Origin: the human T2T-CHM13v2.0 reference genome, Homo sapiens
Assembly: GCF_009914755.1 (NCBI RefSeq)
Contig: NC_060927.1
Reading direction: 5' to 3' (one strand)
Length of the DNA stretch: 64,000 bases
The position numbers and the translations under genes were made by a program. A model generated the notes under the pieces. It saw nothing but the letters and a program-made list of their open reading frames with translations. It was not told the origin of the DNA and did not search any database. This document shows positions 1-23,256 of the stretch, piece after piece; the first letter of the stretch is position 1, and each line of letters begins with the position of its first letter.

Positions 1-52
1 ATTTTACACTAATTCTTGCAAAGGCAACATCTGGGGACAACAATAGATATAG

Positions 53-707
<655 letters not shown>

Positions 708-939
708 TCAAATATGCCACTTTCTTAAATATCAAATTTTTTTCCAATCTTATATTTCTCTAATTTTATAGGGGCAGGTGATAAAAAAATTTCAATTTCA
801 CTAACTCTGACTACAAAATTAAACTTTTCCAACATTTAAGATCATTTCAAGGAAAATAAGAATAGGCTTTAATATTTACATTAGTGATTGATTAATTGTA
901 GCTGACTGGGGTATTCAATTTTAGAAATTTAAGATAATT

Positions 940-1230
940 CCCGCCAGGTGCAGTGGCTCACACCTGCAATCCCAGCACTTTGGGAGGCCGAGGCAGGCAG
1001 ATCACGAGGTCAGGAGTTTGAGACCAGCCTGACCAACATGGTGAAACCCCGTCTATACTATACAAAAAAATTAGCCAGGTGTGGTGGAAGGCACCTGTAA
1101 TCCCAGCTAATGGAGAGGCTGAGGAAGGAGAATCACTTGAACCCAGCAGGCAGAGGGTGCAGGGAGTCATGCCACTGCACTCCAGCCTGGGCGACAGAGC
1201 AAGACTCCATCTCAAAAAAAAAAAAAAAAA
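940..1230 (+). mobile_element. Alu (S-type)
   Basis: Dimeric Alu with A tail; AGAAATTTAAGATAA on both flanks. Confidence 0.95.
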
Positions 1231-2024
1231 AGAAATTTAAGATAACTCCCTAAGGATTGTACCTGTACCTTGTGCATTTCAGTCATGCCATTTAATCATT
1301 ATTCTTCACATAAAATTGTTATAAAGTTATATTGTCTATATTGACAATAAAAAACTATTAAACTGTAGCAACCTTTTTCTAAATGAGTCAAGACTTCTTA
1401 TGAGCTATGCAAATTAATATTGCTGATATTTAAATATGATCTCTTTCATTACACATTTGGGCAAAATTTTTTTAGAGTAAAGGTGATTAGTCATAGAACT
1501 TTCTTTCTTTTTCTTTCCTTTTTAATTAAAAATAGAGATGCAGTCTCCCTGGTCTCGATCTCCTGAGCTCAAGCAATACTCCTACCTTGGCATCCCAAAG
1601 TGTTGGGATTAAAGGTATGAGCCACTACACCCAGCCCATAGACTTTTCATTTACTATATAAAGTCTTTTTCTCCTACAAAATATCCATTCTCCTTCCCCA
1701 AAATAAACAAGGCTCCTTAAAGGCAATCTTTATAATCCATAGTCAAATAAAAGTTTTTATTCACTTAAGCAGGAGGGAATGAGTTCAGCACATTAATTAG
1801 TCTGCCCTGCTATAAGACCTGCCTCTTCCAAAACAGAATTCCAATAAGGAAAATAAGCTATCCATGCTGATTCTACCTTGCTAGCAAATTGGGGAAGTAA
1901 CATGAAGACTCTAATAGTGGTTTGACTGGTAGAAAATGAAAGAGCTCTCAGTCCCAAACCAAATGGTGATTACATAAAAAATTTGGCATTGTCAAATCAG
2001 GCAGATACAATCTAAAGTAAAAAG

Positions 2025-2675
<651 letters not shown>

Positions 2676-3589
2676 TAAGAGAAAATAATTGTGCCTCGCT
2701 ATCTACCAAAGACATTGGTTAAAAAAAAGTCTCAGCAGTTACAATGTACAGTATCACCTTCCCTTCTGTAACCAAAATACTTATTAAATATATGAATGCT
2801 AGTTATCAGATTATTTTAAAAGTTTATTTTCTTTCTCTAATAATAAGGTAAAATACATTTTGGAAATCTGCATGGAATGTTCCCAACAAGTTATTTCATT
2901 TTAGCAGGGTCTATGACATACAGCTTTAGTCATTCTTTCAATTACTTGGAACCACAGAATTCTCCAAAATACAAAAATTAAATTTTCAGCTTTTATATCA
3001 AATAATGGTCTCAACCATTTAATACAAAGCAACATACTTTCTCAGGTTTCTGTTAATAAGGCAAAATAAAAGTCACTCAGAAAAAAAAGGTTAAATCATG
3101 AAGATTTCTCTTTTGTAGGATATAATTCACCCCTGTGGTTTCTCTTCTACCATTAATGTCTTATCTACTCTAATTCCTTCAAAGTTTCAAGTTCAATACA
3201 GTATAACATATGCAGAGATTTTATAGTTTTTATCATAGATTTTTTTTTTCAACATTGTTTTCAGGATGTTTTAAACACTTTCACAACTATTACCTCAGAT
3301 TTGTGATTATGGCTTATAGTACGGTCTACTTTCAAAACCATGATTTTTGGATCATGGCCCATCCAAGATTTTACTCTGTTCAGAAAAAGAAAAAAAATTA
3401 CATATCCAGAGTTTCACAAGCAATTCAGGGGTTTTTCCCACAGACATCAAAAACCTTGCAATAAAGGGGTGAAATCCAAAAATTACTTTCGATTTCAAAG
3501 GTTTAATATTTTTAAAAAATTGAGAAATCTATTTAAGGTGTTGAATAAACTTTTTATGACTTATCAGGCAAAATTAAAATATTTATCAT

Positions 3590-4210
3590 GGGCAGGGCAC
3601 GGTGGCTTACACCTGTAATCCCAGCATTTTGAGAGGTCAAGGCTGGACGACTGCTTGAAGCTATGAGATTGGGACTAGCCTGGAAAATATAGCGGACCCC
3701 ACCTCTATAAAAAATTATTATTTTTTATTAGCTGGGCATAGTGCTGTGTGCCTGTAGTCCTAGCTACCAGAGAGGCTGAGGTGGAAAGATCCTTTTTTGT
3801 TGTTGAGACAGGGTCTCACTCTGTCACCCAGACAGGAATGTAGTACCACAATCACTGCTTACTGAAGCCTTGACCTCCTGGGTTCAAGTAACCCTCCCGC
3901 CTAAGCTTCCCAAGTAGCTGGGACTACTGGTGTGTACCACCATGCCTGGATAATTAAAAAAAAAAAAGAAGTCATAAAGACAGGTTCTTATTATATTGAC
4001 CAGGTTGGTCTTGAACTCTTGACCTCAAGTGATCCTCCTGCCTTGGCCTCCTAAAGTGTTGTGATTACAGGTGTGAGCCACAGCATCCAGCCTAAGGAAG
4101 ATCCCTTGAGCCTAGGAATTTGAGGCTGCAGTGAGCTATGATTGCATCACTGTACTCCAGCTTGGGCAAAAGTGAGACCATGTCTCTAAAAAATAATAAT
4201 AAAATAAAAT
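3590..4210. mobile_element. Old (J-type) + Alu interrupted by a - Alu (~3793-4092)
   Basis: Host Alu breaks at GGAAAGATCC and resumes at GGAAGATCCCTTGAGCC. Confidence 0.9.
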
Positions 4211-4710
4211 AAAGTATTTACAATGGAAGGAATCTGTGGTGTTACTTTTAGGTAATCTCAGAAGAACTTTTCAAACTCAGATGTATATATGCGGCAACCA
4301 ATGTGCATATGGAGATACTGACATAGAGAGAAAAATGTTCAATCTAATATTAGCCAGTAAACATATGATGCATTAACTGGAGGAGTTAAAAGTCCATACT
4401 TGAAGGTACTGTTTAATTTATCAGGATCAATCAATCAAGAAAAACACCCACAACATAAAAACAGGGTGGTATATTTTAGTACTACTGATTTATAATAAAC
4501 AGATCCTCAGATTTAGGCAGATCATTTTTAAATGCCATTAGTGATCAATGTATGCAACACAGTTGCACATAGCTATTAACAAGTTATTTTGACATGCATT
4601 ACATACATGTATTCAAATTAACTATAATTTTTTGTGCTTATTTCTAGAGCAAATTAATTAAATGGCTTTCACCTTAAAGGCTTAAAATGTTTTAAAACTT
4701 CAAGTCATTA

Positions 4711-5040
<330 letters not shown>

Positions 5041-5159
5041 ACTATGTTTGAAAGTATATATAATTTGTAATAATATACACGGGAAGAAATAAAAGGTTAT
5101 TATGGCAATCTGAGTTTCTTAATCCAAAAATTAAAAATCAAAACACATTTCATATGTAA

Positions 5160-6846
5160 GAGTTAAGTGGTTTTTTTTCTTTATTCAAGTAATCATTTAG
5201 ACTCTAATACATGATAATGGACAACCATGTGACAAAGTACTGTAGTGTATGGTTTGGTGTAGCCTCCTTGCCTCTAGGATGGGATTTTTTCCAGGTGATT
5301 CTTCAGGATCTGACATCGATGCCCAACACAGGCTTTCCAATGGCAATGCATGAGTTCTAGAGGTCACTGCCCCATCTTTCTTCAGGTGCTGTGTGCCATT
5401 TTCTCCCACCCATTTTATCCTCCATTACTTATAAAAACCCCACTCTAAAATTCAACCTATGTTATAAAATTAACAAAATCAGGAGTTAGTACACATTTTT
5501 CCACAATGATAAAATTAAGACTCATAATGTACTATCTTGTTTCGTCTAACTTTTGGAGGATTTATATAATCTCTAAAGAGTCAGAGTAATACATAACACA
5601 AAACATGCAAAGAACCTTATCACTGGGTGTATGTAATACGCTGGGAATTGCTAAAGTACTCAAAAGCTTAATTTTCTTGGAATAGCAACTGTCCACTGAA
5701 AACTATAGTATTCAAACAAAAGGTTATGTGTTAATACATGAAAATACAGTACCTGATTTGGCATAAATTGTGAGATCTTTTTCACTAGTAAAGTGCTTAA
5801 TTAAGAAACATTTTTCCACTATTAGATTTAATTTGTCAAAGGCACAAAATATCTTTGTCTCTCTCTTTAAAGTATTAGTTTTTTAAATTATGGTACTGCC
5901 CATTTAAATTTTACTTAATCAGAAAGCTTTACTGTTTTTTTCTCTCAGCAATTAAAAAAAAACTACTTGAAGAAAAACATTTAATTTTTATTTTCAAAAT
6001 GTTGCCATAAACATACATACAACACTGAATTTGATCCCCTCCATTGGCTGTCTGTGTGCCAGGAAGCACTTGTGACAGAAAACATATATAAGCTTAGGGT
6101 AAAAGTTTATAAGGAATCAAAATATCTTCCAAAAAGAGGGGGTAGGGGCAAGAGGAATCAATAAGTTTAAAAATCATAACTTTCATTTTATAAAAAATAG
6201 TTTGAATAATTTTCTTATAAATCTTTAATGCTTACAAAAGCAGGAAATACATTTAAAATAGTCTTTTTAACACAGATTCATTTGTACAATGTGGTCATAA
6301 GAAAAATAACTAAAATGACATTTCAGTAGTCTATATTCTTTTCTCAGCAAATTCCACATAAAATTTAACTAATTTACAATTCAAAATAAGATTTTAACTG
6401 CCAACAATGTCAGACTAGTTGTGGTTAGTACCTGAATATCAAGCTCTTCTCCATTTTATATATTGTACCAAAATTTTAAATACAGCTCAGCAGTGATAGG
6501 TACTAATAACAATACCTGACTACATGGTTACCACCCGTGACTACTGCATTGCAGCTTAAAACATGCTTTGGTCAGTAAATTTAAAAGATATACATCAAAT
6601 AACAAGGCCAGAAAAGTTGTTTTAGAATTTCCTGACCTTAAGTAAACTTTAAATACATTGACAAGGCAAAAAAAAAATATGATCAAATATACAGAAAGGT
6701 TTCTATTTTTTCAACCATTTGGCATTTTATATTATTAATTTCGCTGTTTAAAATAATATTTTATACTCCTGTGCACTGATTATCATTGCTCTCCGAATTA
6801 AAACTAAACTACAATTACCTTGCTAGAATGTCCAGTAGCATATATA
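5160..6846 (-). other. SLC33A1: SLC33A1 proximal 3' UTR (Alu-free, AU-rich)
   Basis: Directly follows the stop codon; ~1.7 kb with no Alu. The end is inferred from the AATAAA at 5185-5180; longer UTR isoforms may run to or past the window start. Confidence 0.75.
5180..5185 (-). terminator. Candidate poly(A) signal AATAAA for SLC33A1
   Basis: TTTATT on + strand at 5180-5185, the last canonical hexamer before the Alu-rich distal region. Other minus-strand AATAAA at 5992-5987, 2828-2823 and 1761-1756. Confidence 0.6.
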
Positions 6847-7014
6847 TTAATTGTTCCTTTTGCATTTCCACGAAGATGATCCTTCATCCTGTAACTTTTT
6901 AAATTTTGGACCAAGAAAGAACCACCAACCAAATCCAATGAAAACACAAATAATGGACTCCACATAATAACCATCCAGGGCTGTAACACATGAGCCACCC
7001 AGTTTTTTGCAAAG
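6847..7014 (-). CDS. SLC33A1: SLC33A1 coding exon 6 (168 coding nt including TAA)
   Basis: Acceptor TTTTACAG|CTT. LCKKLGGSCVTALDGYYVESIICVFIGFGWWFFLGPKFKKLQDEGSSSWKCKRNN*. The six exons sum to 1650 nt with consistent phases. Confidence 0.98.
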   Translation of the reverse strand, partial: LCKKLGGSCVTALDGYYVESIICVFIGFGWWFFLGPKFKKLQDEGSSSWKCKRNN

Positions 7015-7237
7015 CTGTAAAAATAAAACTATAATAAATACTCCACAATTTCAAAATGAAAGTATTTAGCAATTAACATGCTTCTACTTTATAAAGAATA
7101 AAAATATACTTTTCTTAAAACATTTCAGTATTTCACTGAATTCCAATGACAAAATATGTTAATGTATCTTAATCTCTCTAATGCTACTAACAGGATTAAA
7201 AACAATTTTCAGTTCTTGCTGTAAACAATACTCATTT

Positions 7238-7840
7238 TCTTTTTTGAGACACGGTCTCACTTGTGGCCCCGGCTGAAATGCAGTGGTGTGATAATGGCTC
7301 ACTGCGGTCTCTGGCTCCTGGGCTCAAGCAATCCTCCCACCTCAGCCTTGTGAGTAGATAAGACCACAGGCGTGCACCACCATGCCCCATTAATTTCTAC
7401 ATTTTTTGTAGAGATGGTGCTTCACCATGTGGCCCAGGGTGGTCTTGAACTCCTGGGCTCAAGCAATCTGCCTGCTTCAGCCTCTCAAAATGCTGGAATT
7501 ACGGGTGTGAGCCACCATACCCAGCCGAATATGTTTTTTTTTTTTTTTTTTTTTTAAGAGACGGAGTCTTGTTCTGTCGCCCAGGCTGGAGTACAGGGGC
7601 GCGATCTCAGCTCACTGCAACCTCCGCCTCCCAGTTCTAGCAATTCTCCTGTCTCAGCCTCCTGAGTAGTTGGGACTACAGGCACACACCACCCCGCCCG
7701 GCTAATTTTTTGTATTTTAGTAGAGATGGGGTTTCACCGTGTTGCCCAGGCTGGTGTCAAACTCCTGAGCTCAGGCAATCCACCCGCCTTAGCCTCCCAA
7801 AGTGCTAAGAATACAGGCGTGAGCCACTGCACCTGGCCCG
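7238..7840 (-). mobile_element. Two tandem Alus in SLC33A1 intron 5
   Basis: Two antisense Alu bodies with T tracts. Confidence 0.92.
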
Positions 7841-8324
7841 ATTATCTATTTTCACGATGCAGCTTTCACATTCGGAAATGTGAAGAAATTTCCAGTCCAT
7901 CTACTCTAGAAGTAGACAAATACCACTTTGAAAGAATTTATCAACAAACCACTCACTATACAGGTTTAGTTATCACTGTTATAGGAATAGCCAATGGACA
8001 TTCCCTTTTTCTATCACTACAAAACTTAAGCTATTAATTATGCATTTATATAGTGCCTGCTGTGTAGGACAGTGATCGTCAAGGTGGGGGAAAGAGAGAT
8101 CGCCTCTCCTTTACTGAGAAACGCCTTTAAGGGAACTAGTCTTGCTGATTTGAATGATTATAACCCTCAGCCTTGATGTGAAAGAAAATATATATGTAGA
8201 TTTCTAAACCAGAACCTATGGACAGATATGATTTTTAAAAAAGATATAGTACTTCTAGAGACAAAACAAAGATATTAATATCTTAGTATTAGCTTAATGT
8301 TATCTAAAATTAAAACATACTTAC

Positions 8325-8540
8325 CTCAACAGCATCAGGTGTTCGACAATTCTGGTTTGATGCTCCTACACACTCTTTTACTGTGAGGGGATCTACAAGC
8401 CAAAGAGCTACTGTAGAAGGCCAGTTTCCTCCCAGATTGGACACGGTATTTAAAAGGGTCATGTATGTTCCTCCAATAAGTGGATCACTAACCTTTGCAT
8501 TGAAAGCCATTATAGAAACATACATGCTGTACACTGTAAC
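8325..8540 (-). CDS. SLC33A1: SLC33A1 coding exon 5 (216 nt)
   Basis: Acceptor TTCCGTAG|GTT, donor GAG|GTAAGT. VTVYSMYVSIMAFNAKVSDPLIGGTYMTLLNTVSNLGGNWP...CRTPDAVE (ORF 8310..8534). Confidence 0.98.
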
Positions 8541-8718
8541 CTACGGAAAAATGTAAAACATCTTTAGTATGATTATAAAGCTTATAAAGCTACAGTCTAA
8601 ATTAAGAACATCAAAGTCATAAACCTGAAATTAATTTTCATGGTATTTATTGAACTCAATTCAACAAATACTTATCAAGCACCTACTATAGGCCAGGCTT
8701 TAAGATCACAGCAATACA

Positions 8719-9177
<459 letters not shown>

Positions 9178-9554
9178 TTACTGGGGCATAAAGATAAATG
9201 AGAGATTAATTCTACCACAAGTAGTCAAGAAAGACTCCACGGAGAAAATGTTAGATGAGGTGGCACTAAAGGATACATAATGCATACAGCAAAATGCAAA
9301 ACCTCATATTTGTACTGTACCTAAATATGTATCATATATTGCATGTGTATATATACATATTTATATGTATGCATTTATTACATATATAAATACTCAAATA
9401 TTTAAAGAAATAGGAATATATATATTTTTCTCCTACATATACACAAGAAAAGTATTTCAAAATTTATGTGACAAACTGGAGAAAAACATCCTTAAGAGGC
9501 AAAAAGTACTTAAAAGGCAAGAATTAACCTTTAATTTAGAAAGATGGAAACAAA

Positions 9555-10093
9555 CTGTGTTTCAATAATGGTATTCCTTTGAATAGTGTTTTTGGGGGTG
9601 TTCACAGAAAAAGGAGTTCCAAAGTCAAATAAGACTGAAAGACACTAACTTACACAAAATTGAAAAGGTTCCTTTCATTGTATGCCTTTTGAAATATTTA
9701 CAACATACACTCCTTGAGGGCAGGGATTTGGGCATGATTTATTAAGTTATATTTCAGTACTCAGAATGGTTTCTGGCAGGGAATAGGTGTTCACTTAATA
9801 TTTGTTGAAGAAGCTGGGTGCGGTGGCTCACACCTATAATCCCAGCACTTTGGAAGGCCGAGGTGGGCGGATCACCTGAGGTCAGGAGTTCAAGACCAGC
9901 CTGGCCAATGTGGTAAAACCCGTCTCTACTAAAAATACAAAAATCAGCTGGGTGAGGTGGTGCTCATCTGTAATCCCAGCTACTTGGGAGGCAGAAGCAG
10001 GAGAATCACTTGAACCCGGGAGGTGGAGGTATCACAGTGAGCCGAGATTGTGCCACTGCACTCCAGCCTGGGCAACAGAGTGAGACTCTGTCT

Positions 10094-10132
<39 letters not shown>

Positions 10133-10270
10133 TTGAAGGAATCATTAAGGCACTACTTACAGAAGGCTTATGTCATACATCATTTCTCGAATTTATTTGG
10201 TCTTGTACCTTTTTTCCCCCATAAAGCATCTGGTTATCTGAGTTTCAGTGATTACACTTCAGGAAATTCT
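9555..10270. mobile_element. MER103-like hAT-Charlie fossil split by an L2 3' end (~9712-9810) and an Alu (~9812-10127)
   Basis: AAAAAGGAGTTCCAAAGTCAAATAAG on the left and its inverted counterpart ATTTATTTGGTC..CCTTTTTT on the right; family assigned from recalled consensus. Confidence 0.5.
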
Positions 10271-10732
10271 CAAATGAAATCCAAAGCTAAATAAATACTT
10301 TTTTTGGGCTATAACATACCGACAGAAATACTGAAGCATTGACTAGTTAAAGTATTTCTTTAACCTTCTATTACATATCTAGCCTTAACTAAGCATGTGC
10401 AAAACAGAAAAAAAAATTATATTTGACAGTTTGGCCTCAATAATTTTATAAGCATAGAATTTAGTCTGACAGGATCCACTACAGATTTCTCCTAAATGAT
10501 TTACTGTATGCACAAAACTACTGAGATTACCTGGTAGTCATATTTTTACGTTTCAGTTAAAAATTAATTCATACATTAGCAAATATAACTTTCAAAGGAT
10601 ATAAGCTAGAAAAATCCAAAGTGACTCAGAAATATGCATTAGCAATAACTGCAGTTAAGTCCCAAAGGTTACTTCTGGGCCTTTGCCATTTACTTGAATC
10701 ACTTGCATCCAGAACAAAAAAATCTCATTCTG

Positions 10733-11910
<1,178 letters not shown>

Positions 11911-12104
11911 AAAAGTCTCTTTCTATGAACAGCAGAACTCATTAAGTGAAAAGTCATAAAGTTTAAAGCGCACCATCAATAATTTCTTCAGTGTCAGATT
12001 CATGCTTAAAATTTATTATCATTATTTTAAGACAACTGTAGAAAGCTGTCTTCCTTATTTTACACAGAACAGTTTATTTCCTGAGAAAACCACTGCAAGC
12101 TTAC

Positions 12105-12222
12105 CTGATGTAAAGCATAACTCAGCAGGACTACGATATAGTAATATATAGGGAATCCCCCTTGATGTTCTACTTTAGGAGTCCACCAAACCAGTAGGGC
12201 ATATTCTAACCCAAGCAATAAT
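12105..12222 (-). CDS. SLC33A1: SLC33A1 coding exon 4 (118 nt)
   Basis: Acceptor CTATAG|AT, donor CAG|GTAAGC. LLLGLEYALLVWWTPKVEHQGGFPIYYYIVVLLSYALHQ (ORF 12060..12281). Confidence 0.98.
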
Positions 12223-12493
12223 CTATAGAGAAAGAAACATTGAGTTGACTTCCATTTTAGCTTAAATAACAACAACAACAAAAACAGAAATCCGTGTGCC
12301 TACCATATGAAAGAAGCTGTATCTAAACCTGTTAGGAGGTTAAAAAGATAAAAGTGCATATAAATAATATTGAAAAAAGATGCTTTTCAAATCTTTTTCC
12401 ATATATATAATTCTACGCTCAGATATTAGTGGTATTGATGAATGTTCCTCATTTTACCCTTTCTTATTTAGTAAGGTTTTATTTCATTTTTAC

Positions 12494-12678
12494 CTGTAGG
12501 GCATGGCTTTGTAAAATGTGTTTAATGGCTGGGGACCTGCAGTGTATTTGCTGATAATCAGAGGCAGTATTATCTGCAAAGGAACCATTGGAACTGCCAA
12601 TAAGGCTAAATGTTCTTTGGGTACTCCCTCTTCTACCAATTTCAGTCCTGTTACAGCATCTGCTGCTGAAAAACCAAT
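12494..12678 (-). CDS. SLC33A1: SLC33A1 coding exon 3 (185 nt)
   Basis: Acceptor TTGCAG|ATT, donor AG|GTAAAA. IGFSAADAVTGLKLVEEGVPKEHLALLAVPMVPLQIILPLIISKYTAGPQPLNTFYKAMPYR (ORF 12490..12804). Confidence 0.98.
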
Positions 12679-13967
12679 CTGCAATATAAAAACAAAAAAG
12701 TATTTTAATTCGTGACTTATGAAATATTTTCCTCCATGCATATGTAAGTTCTTCAAGAACCTCAATTTTATTACTGACCCATGACAGTTACAAGTGAGCA
12801 TCATATTATTATACCTGGTACAACAGTCAAGTTATACAAGGTACATTTTGCCTTATGGTTTTCTAATAATATTAAGTGAAAACAACTGAAAATTCAGTAC
12901 TGGTAGGGATGGTAGATGGCTATAAATACAACTAAATTTCCACTTCAAAAAGTCCAATGTGTTATAGTAAACGGGGTCAAAAATCCAAATTTACCAATTT
13001 GAAAGTTTTAGGTTTAAAAGAACTTAAGCCTTTAATTGACCCAAATCAATCTGGTTAAAATGAAGCATAACTGCCAATATATATATACATTTTTAATGAT
13101 TTCTGACTGACCATAATAAAATTTCCTAAGTTCATCTAATGTTTCAAAAGTAATTCTGGGAAAACGTATCTGAGAGATTGAATAAAATGAAAGGGATAAA
13201 GTATAGTTAGATTAATTCTTTAAAACAGCACAAAAAAGAGTAAGAATTAAATTAAGATTATTTAGATAGCCTCAAAGTATCTCCCCATGAGTCAGTTTTT
13301 AATTACAAAAGAAAAAATAGTACTTTTACAATAGATTAGCAAAGCAATTAAAGTTAAAAACAGCAGTTAAAGGGATAAAGAGACATGATATGGCTTTCAG
13401 TATAATTCCCTGCAGACATCAAAACATTACTTCTTTGATCTTCCTGTCTTATATACCTGAATAACCTCAACCCAAACAAGAAGAAACATGAGAGAAATGT
13501 AACTAGAAGCCCATTCTACAGCATAATTGGCCTGTATTCTTCAAAAATGTCAAGGATATTAAGGACAATGAAAGGCCATACCAACTGAATGCAATGTGTG
13601 ATCCTAGATTAGATCCCCAACAAGAAAAAAATTAAAGTTATAAGGACTGTTATTGTGTAAAATTTGGATATGGACTATAATTAGACAATAATATTATATC
13701 AATTTAAAATTTCCCAATATTGAGTTGTGGTTTTGTAAGCAGAAAACTTGTTCTTAGGAAATACATACTTAAGGTACTTATGGATAAAAGTGCATAATGT
13801 GTACAAATTACTCTAAAGTATTTCAGAAGACATATGTAATGGATATACATAGAAAGAGAACATCTACAGAATAAGGAAAGTGTAGCTAAACGTTAATAAT
13901 TAGATAATCTGGATAAAGGATATAAAGGAGTTCTACTAATACATTTTCAAGAAGTGTGAAGTTATAT

Positions 13968-14602
13968 CGATACAGTAGGCAGAAAGAAATTATTTAGGCA
14001 GATAGTGAGGGCAAAAGAGACCTCGGCAGAGCTTCCCTTCTAACAAAAAGCGGCCCCCAAAATCATTTCTTTTCTAACGAAGAGCAGCCTGAAAAACTTG
14101 AGTTGCAAACATAGATAAGCAAGCTGGAAGCTTGCACGGGGGAATGCCAGCAGCTGAACCAACAGAAAAGGGCTACCTGGGAGCCAGGCATGTCCACCAT
14201 GAAAGCTCCACCTTCTCTTTTTTGTTAGCATGTGTACAGTAAAAAAATGGGCAACATGGTGCAGCTCAGGCAGAGAACCTGCCTGCATGATAAAAAATTA
14301 GGGTGGGGGCTGCCAGAAATTCATGCCCTATATAAATGGTGCACCTGGACCTTACCGGTTTTTCATGCCCTATTTAAAACAGACACTGCCTCCCCACTAG
14401 CTCATCTAAAAAACCCCTTGCATTTCACCACAGATCTGGCAACACATTTTTCCAGGACACCTCTCTGTAGCACAGAGCTATTCTCTCTCTCACCTACTAA
14501 ACTTCTGCTGTTAACCTCACTCTTTGTGTGTCCACGTCCTTGATCTCTGTGGCTGTGAGACAGCAAACCTCAGGTACTACCCTAGACCACAAGGCCACTT
14601 CA
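13968..14602 (+). mobile_element. Solo ERV1 LTR, LTR9-like, in SLC33A1 intron 2
   Basis: Starts [C]GATACAG..AGAAAGAAATTATTTAGGCAGATAGTGAGGG and ends CCACTTCA; 4-bp TSD ATAT at 13964-13967 and 14603-14606. Confidence 0.85.
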
Positions 14603-14710
14603 ATATCACACAATTTTTTTTTTTTTAAAGAAATTATAAGGCCAGACGCGGTGGCTCATGCCTGTAATTCCAGCACTTTGGGAGGCCAAGGTGGGTGGAT
14701 CACGAGGTCA

Positions 14711-15067
<357 letters not shown>

Positions 15068-15529
15068 TTAAGTCCAGAAAATAATTTCACTTACATTTTA
15101 CTCATTCCCTTTGTAAAAATAAGACATACAAACTGACTTTAATGTTTAATCTTAAAATGTTAAAAAAGTCTTAAAAGTTATATAGTAGGAGATATTTGTA
15201 ATACACATATCTAATAAAAGACTCAAATTCAAAATATATTTTAAAAAGTTTGGTCTGGCACAGTGGCTCATGCCTGTAAGCACAGCACTTTGGGAGGATG
15301 AGGCGGGAGGATTGCTTCAGCCCAGAAGCTCAAGACCAGTCTGGACATCATAGTAAGAACTCTTTTCTACAAAATATTTTTTTTAATTTACTGGGCGTGG
15401 TGGTGGCACATGCCTGTACTTGGGTGACTGAGGTTGGAGGATCACTTGAGCCCAGGAGGTCAGGGCTGCAATGAGCTGTGATGGTGCCACTGCACTCCAG
15501 CCTAGGTGACAGAGACCTCATCTCAAACA

Positions 15530-16650
<1,121 letters not shown>

Positions 16651-16651
16651 A

Positions 16652-20716
<4,065 letters not shown>

Positions 20717-21069
20717 TAATTGTATTACTACAACATTAAATGTATACTCATTATAAGAAGACAGAGCTATTGATTTTTAAAGATATTAATCTCCATTCCA
20801 AGCATTAATATCATTAAGGTTCACATTTACTAACAGTTCTCCAATGGACATAATTCTTTACAATACTCCAAGACATTTAGCTTACTTTAAAATTAAAGTT
20901 GATATCATTACATCTTTTCAAATACATTTAATAAACAGAAAATATTGTTTTTCATTGTTAAATTCTAATGGTAGTGGAAAGGGACCTGTGATATGAAAAA
21001 GGCATTGTAAGTATTCCATGATATTGATACTTATAAGAAAATGATAAATTTGATTTATAAATCTCTTAC

Positions 21070-21257
21070 CTTTGCAGTTAGAATCAGAAGGCAAAATGTC
21101 AGAACTGCTGGCATTTTTATAATTGCAAAAAGCAGCTTGTAAGTATCTGTGATCCCTTGTGTTTCTTCTTTTACTACTGATACTTCGTTTTCTTTTTTCA
21201 GAAGGGCAACCAATGTTGTTGTTATTAAAAATACAGTTCCCCAGAAAAAAAGGAAAT
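21070..21257 (-). CDS. SLC33A1: SLC33A1 coding exon 2 (188 nt)
   Basis: Acceptor TTTTCAG|AT, donor AAG|GTAAGA. Translates in phase as (D)FLFFWGTVFLITTTLVALLKKENEVSVVKEETQGITDTYKLLFAIIKMPAVLTFCLLILTAK. Not in the ORF track; read manually. Confidence 0.98.
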
Positions 21258-22214
21258 CTGAAAATGTTTTAAATCTATAATTAATTTTTAAAATTACATA
21301 ATTTCATTGATACTAAATAATTCTATATACAATAACTTTCAATTAAAATGTTATTTAAAAAATTAGCCAAGTACAGGTGCTCATGCCTGTAATCCTAGCA
21401 CTTTGGGAGGCCAAGGTGGGAGGATTACTTGAACTCAGAAATTCAAGACCAGCCTGGGCAACATAGTGGGACCCTATCCCTACAAAAAATAAGAAATTAG
21501 CCAGGCTTGGTGGTGCACATCTGTAGTCCCAGCCACCTGGGAGGCTGAGGACTACCTGAGCCCAGGAAGTGGAGGCTGCAGTGAGCTGTGATTGTACCAC
21601 TGCACTCTGGCATGGCCAATAGAGTGAGACCTTGTCTAAAAAAAAAAAAAAAAAAAAAAAGTCAACATTTAGGTACCTCTTTATTATATTCAAGGCATTG
21701 TACCAGGCACAGCAAATGAACAAAACAGTCCTGACTCTTAAACGTAGAGACCCAAAATAGGTGACAACAACAACCAAAAAGGCAGGGGGTGGTGAGACAT
21801 TACATTTAGTGTACAACTGAGTTGAATGAACAAAAGCCTATCATGTCACTTTATTCAAGGAAAGTGCTAGGGGTGGGAAATGATTTTCATATCCCCTAAG
21901 ATCCATCAGTTACATTTCTTATATACCCAAGCCTTTTCAGTTCTTTATTAAATTTGACAACAGGTGATTATTTACATCAGATTTTCTACCTTATATTTTT
22001 AAACTTTCTAATGCTTTCAATCTGTTTAAGAATAACCTTCTCATCTCAATAATATGATATAAAAGGCATTTGCTCACACTCGTAGGTGCAGAATGAGGAC
22101 CCATGAAGAGTACTGTCTGGGTTGTTTCAGTGAAAGATAGTTGAGCCATTAGCTATCACCTTGAACAAATTTAGTGGAGGGAGTAAATAATGGTCTGGAA
22201 GATTCTGCTAAACA

Positions 22215-23256
<1,042 letters not shown>

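Noticed and set aside
14186-14205. p53 response element in the LTR9-like element
   Set aside because: Only one good half-site (AGGCATGTCC); the adjacent decamer is poor.
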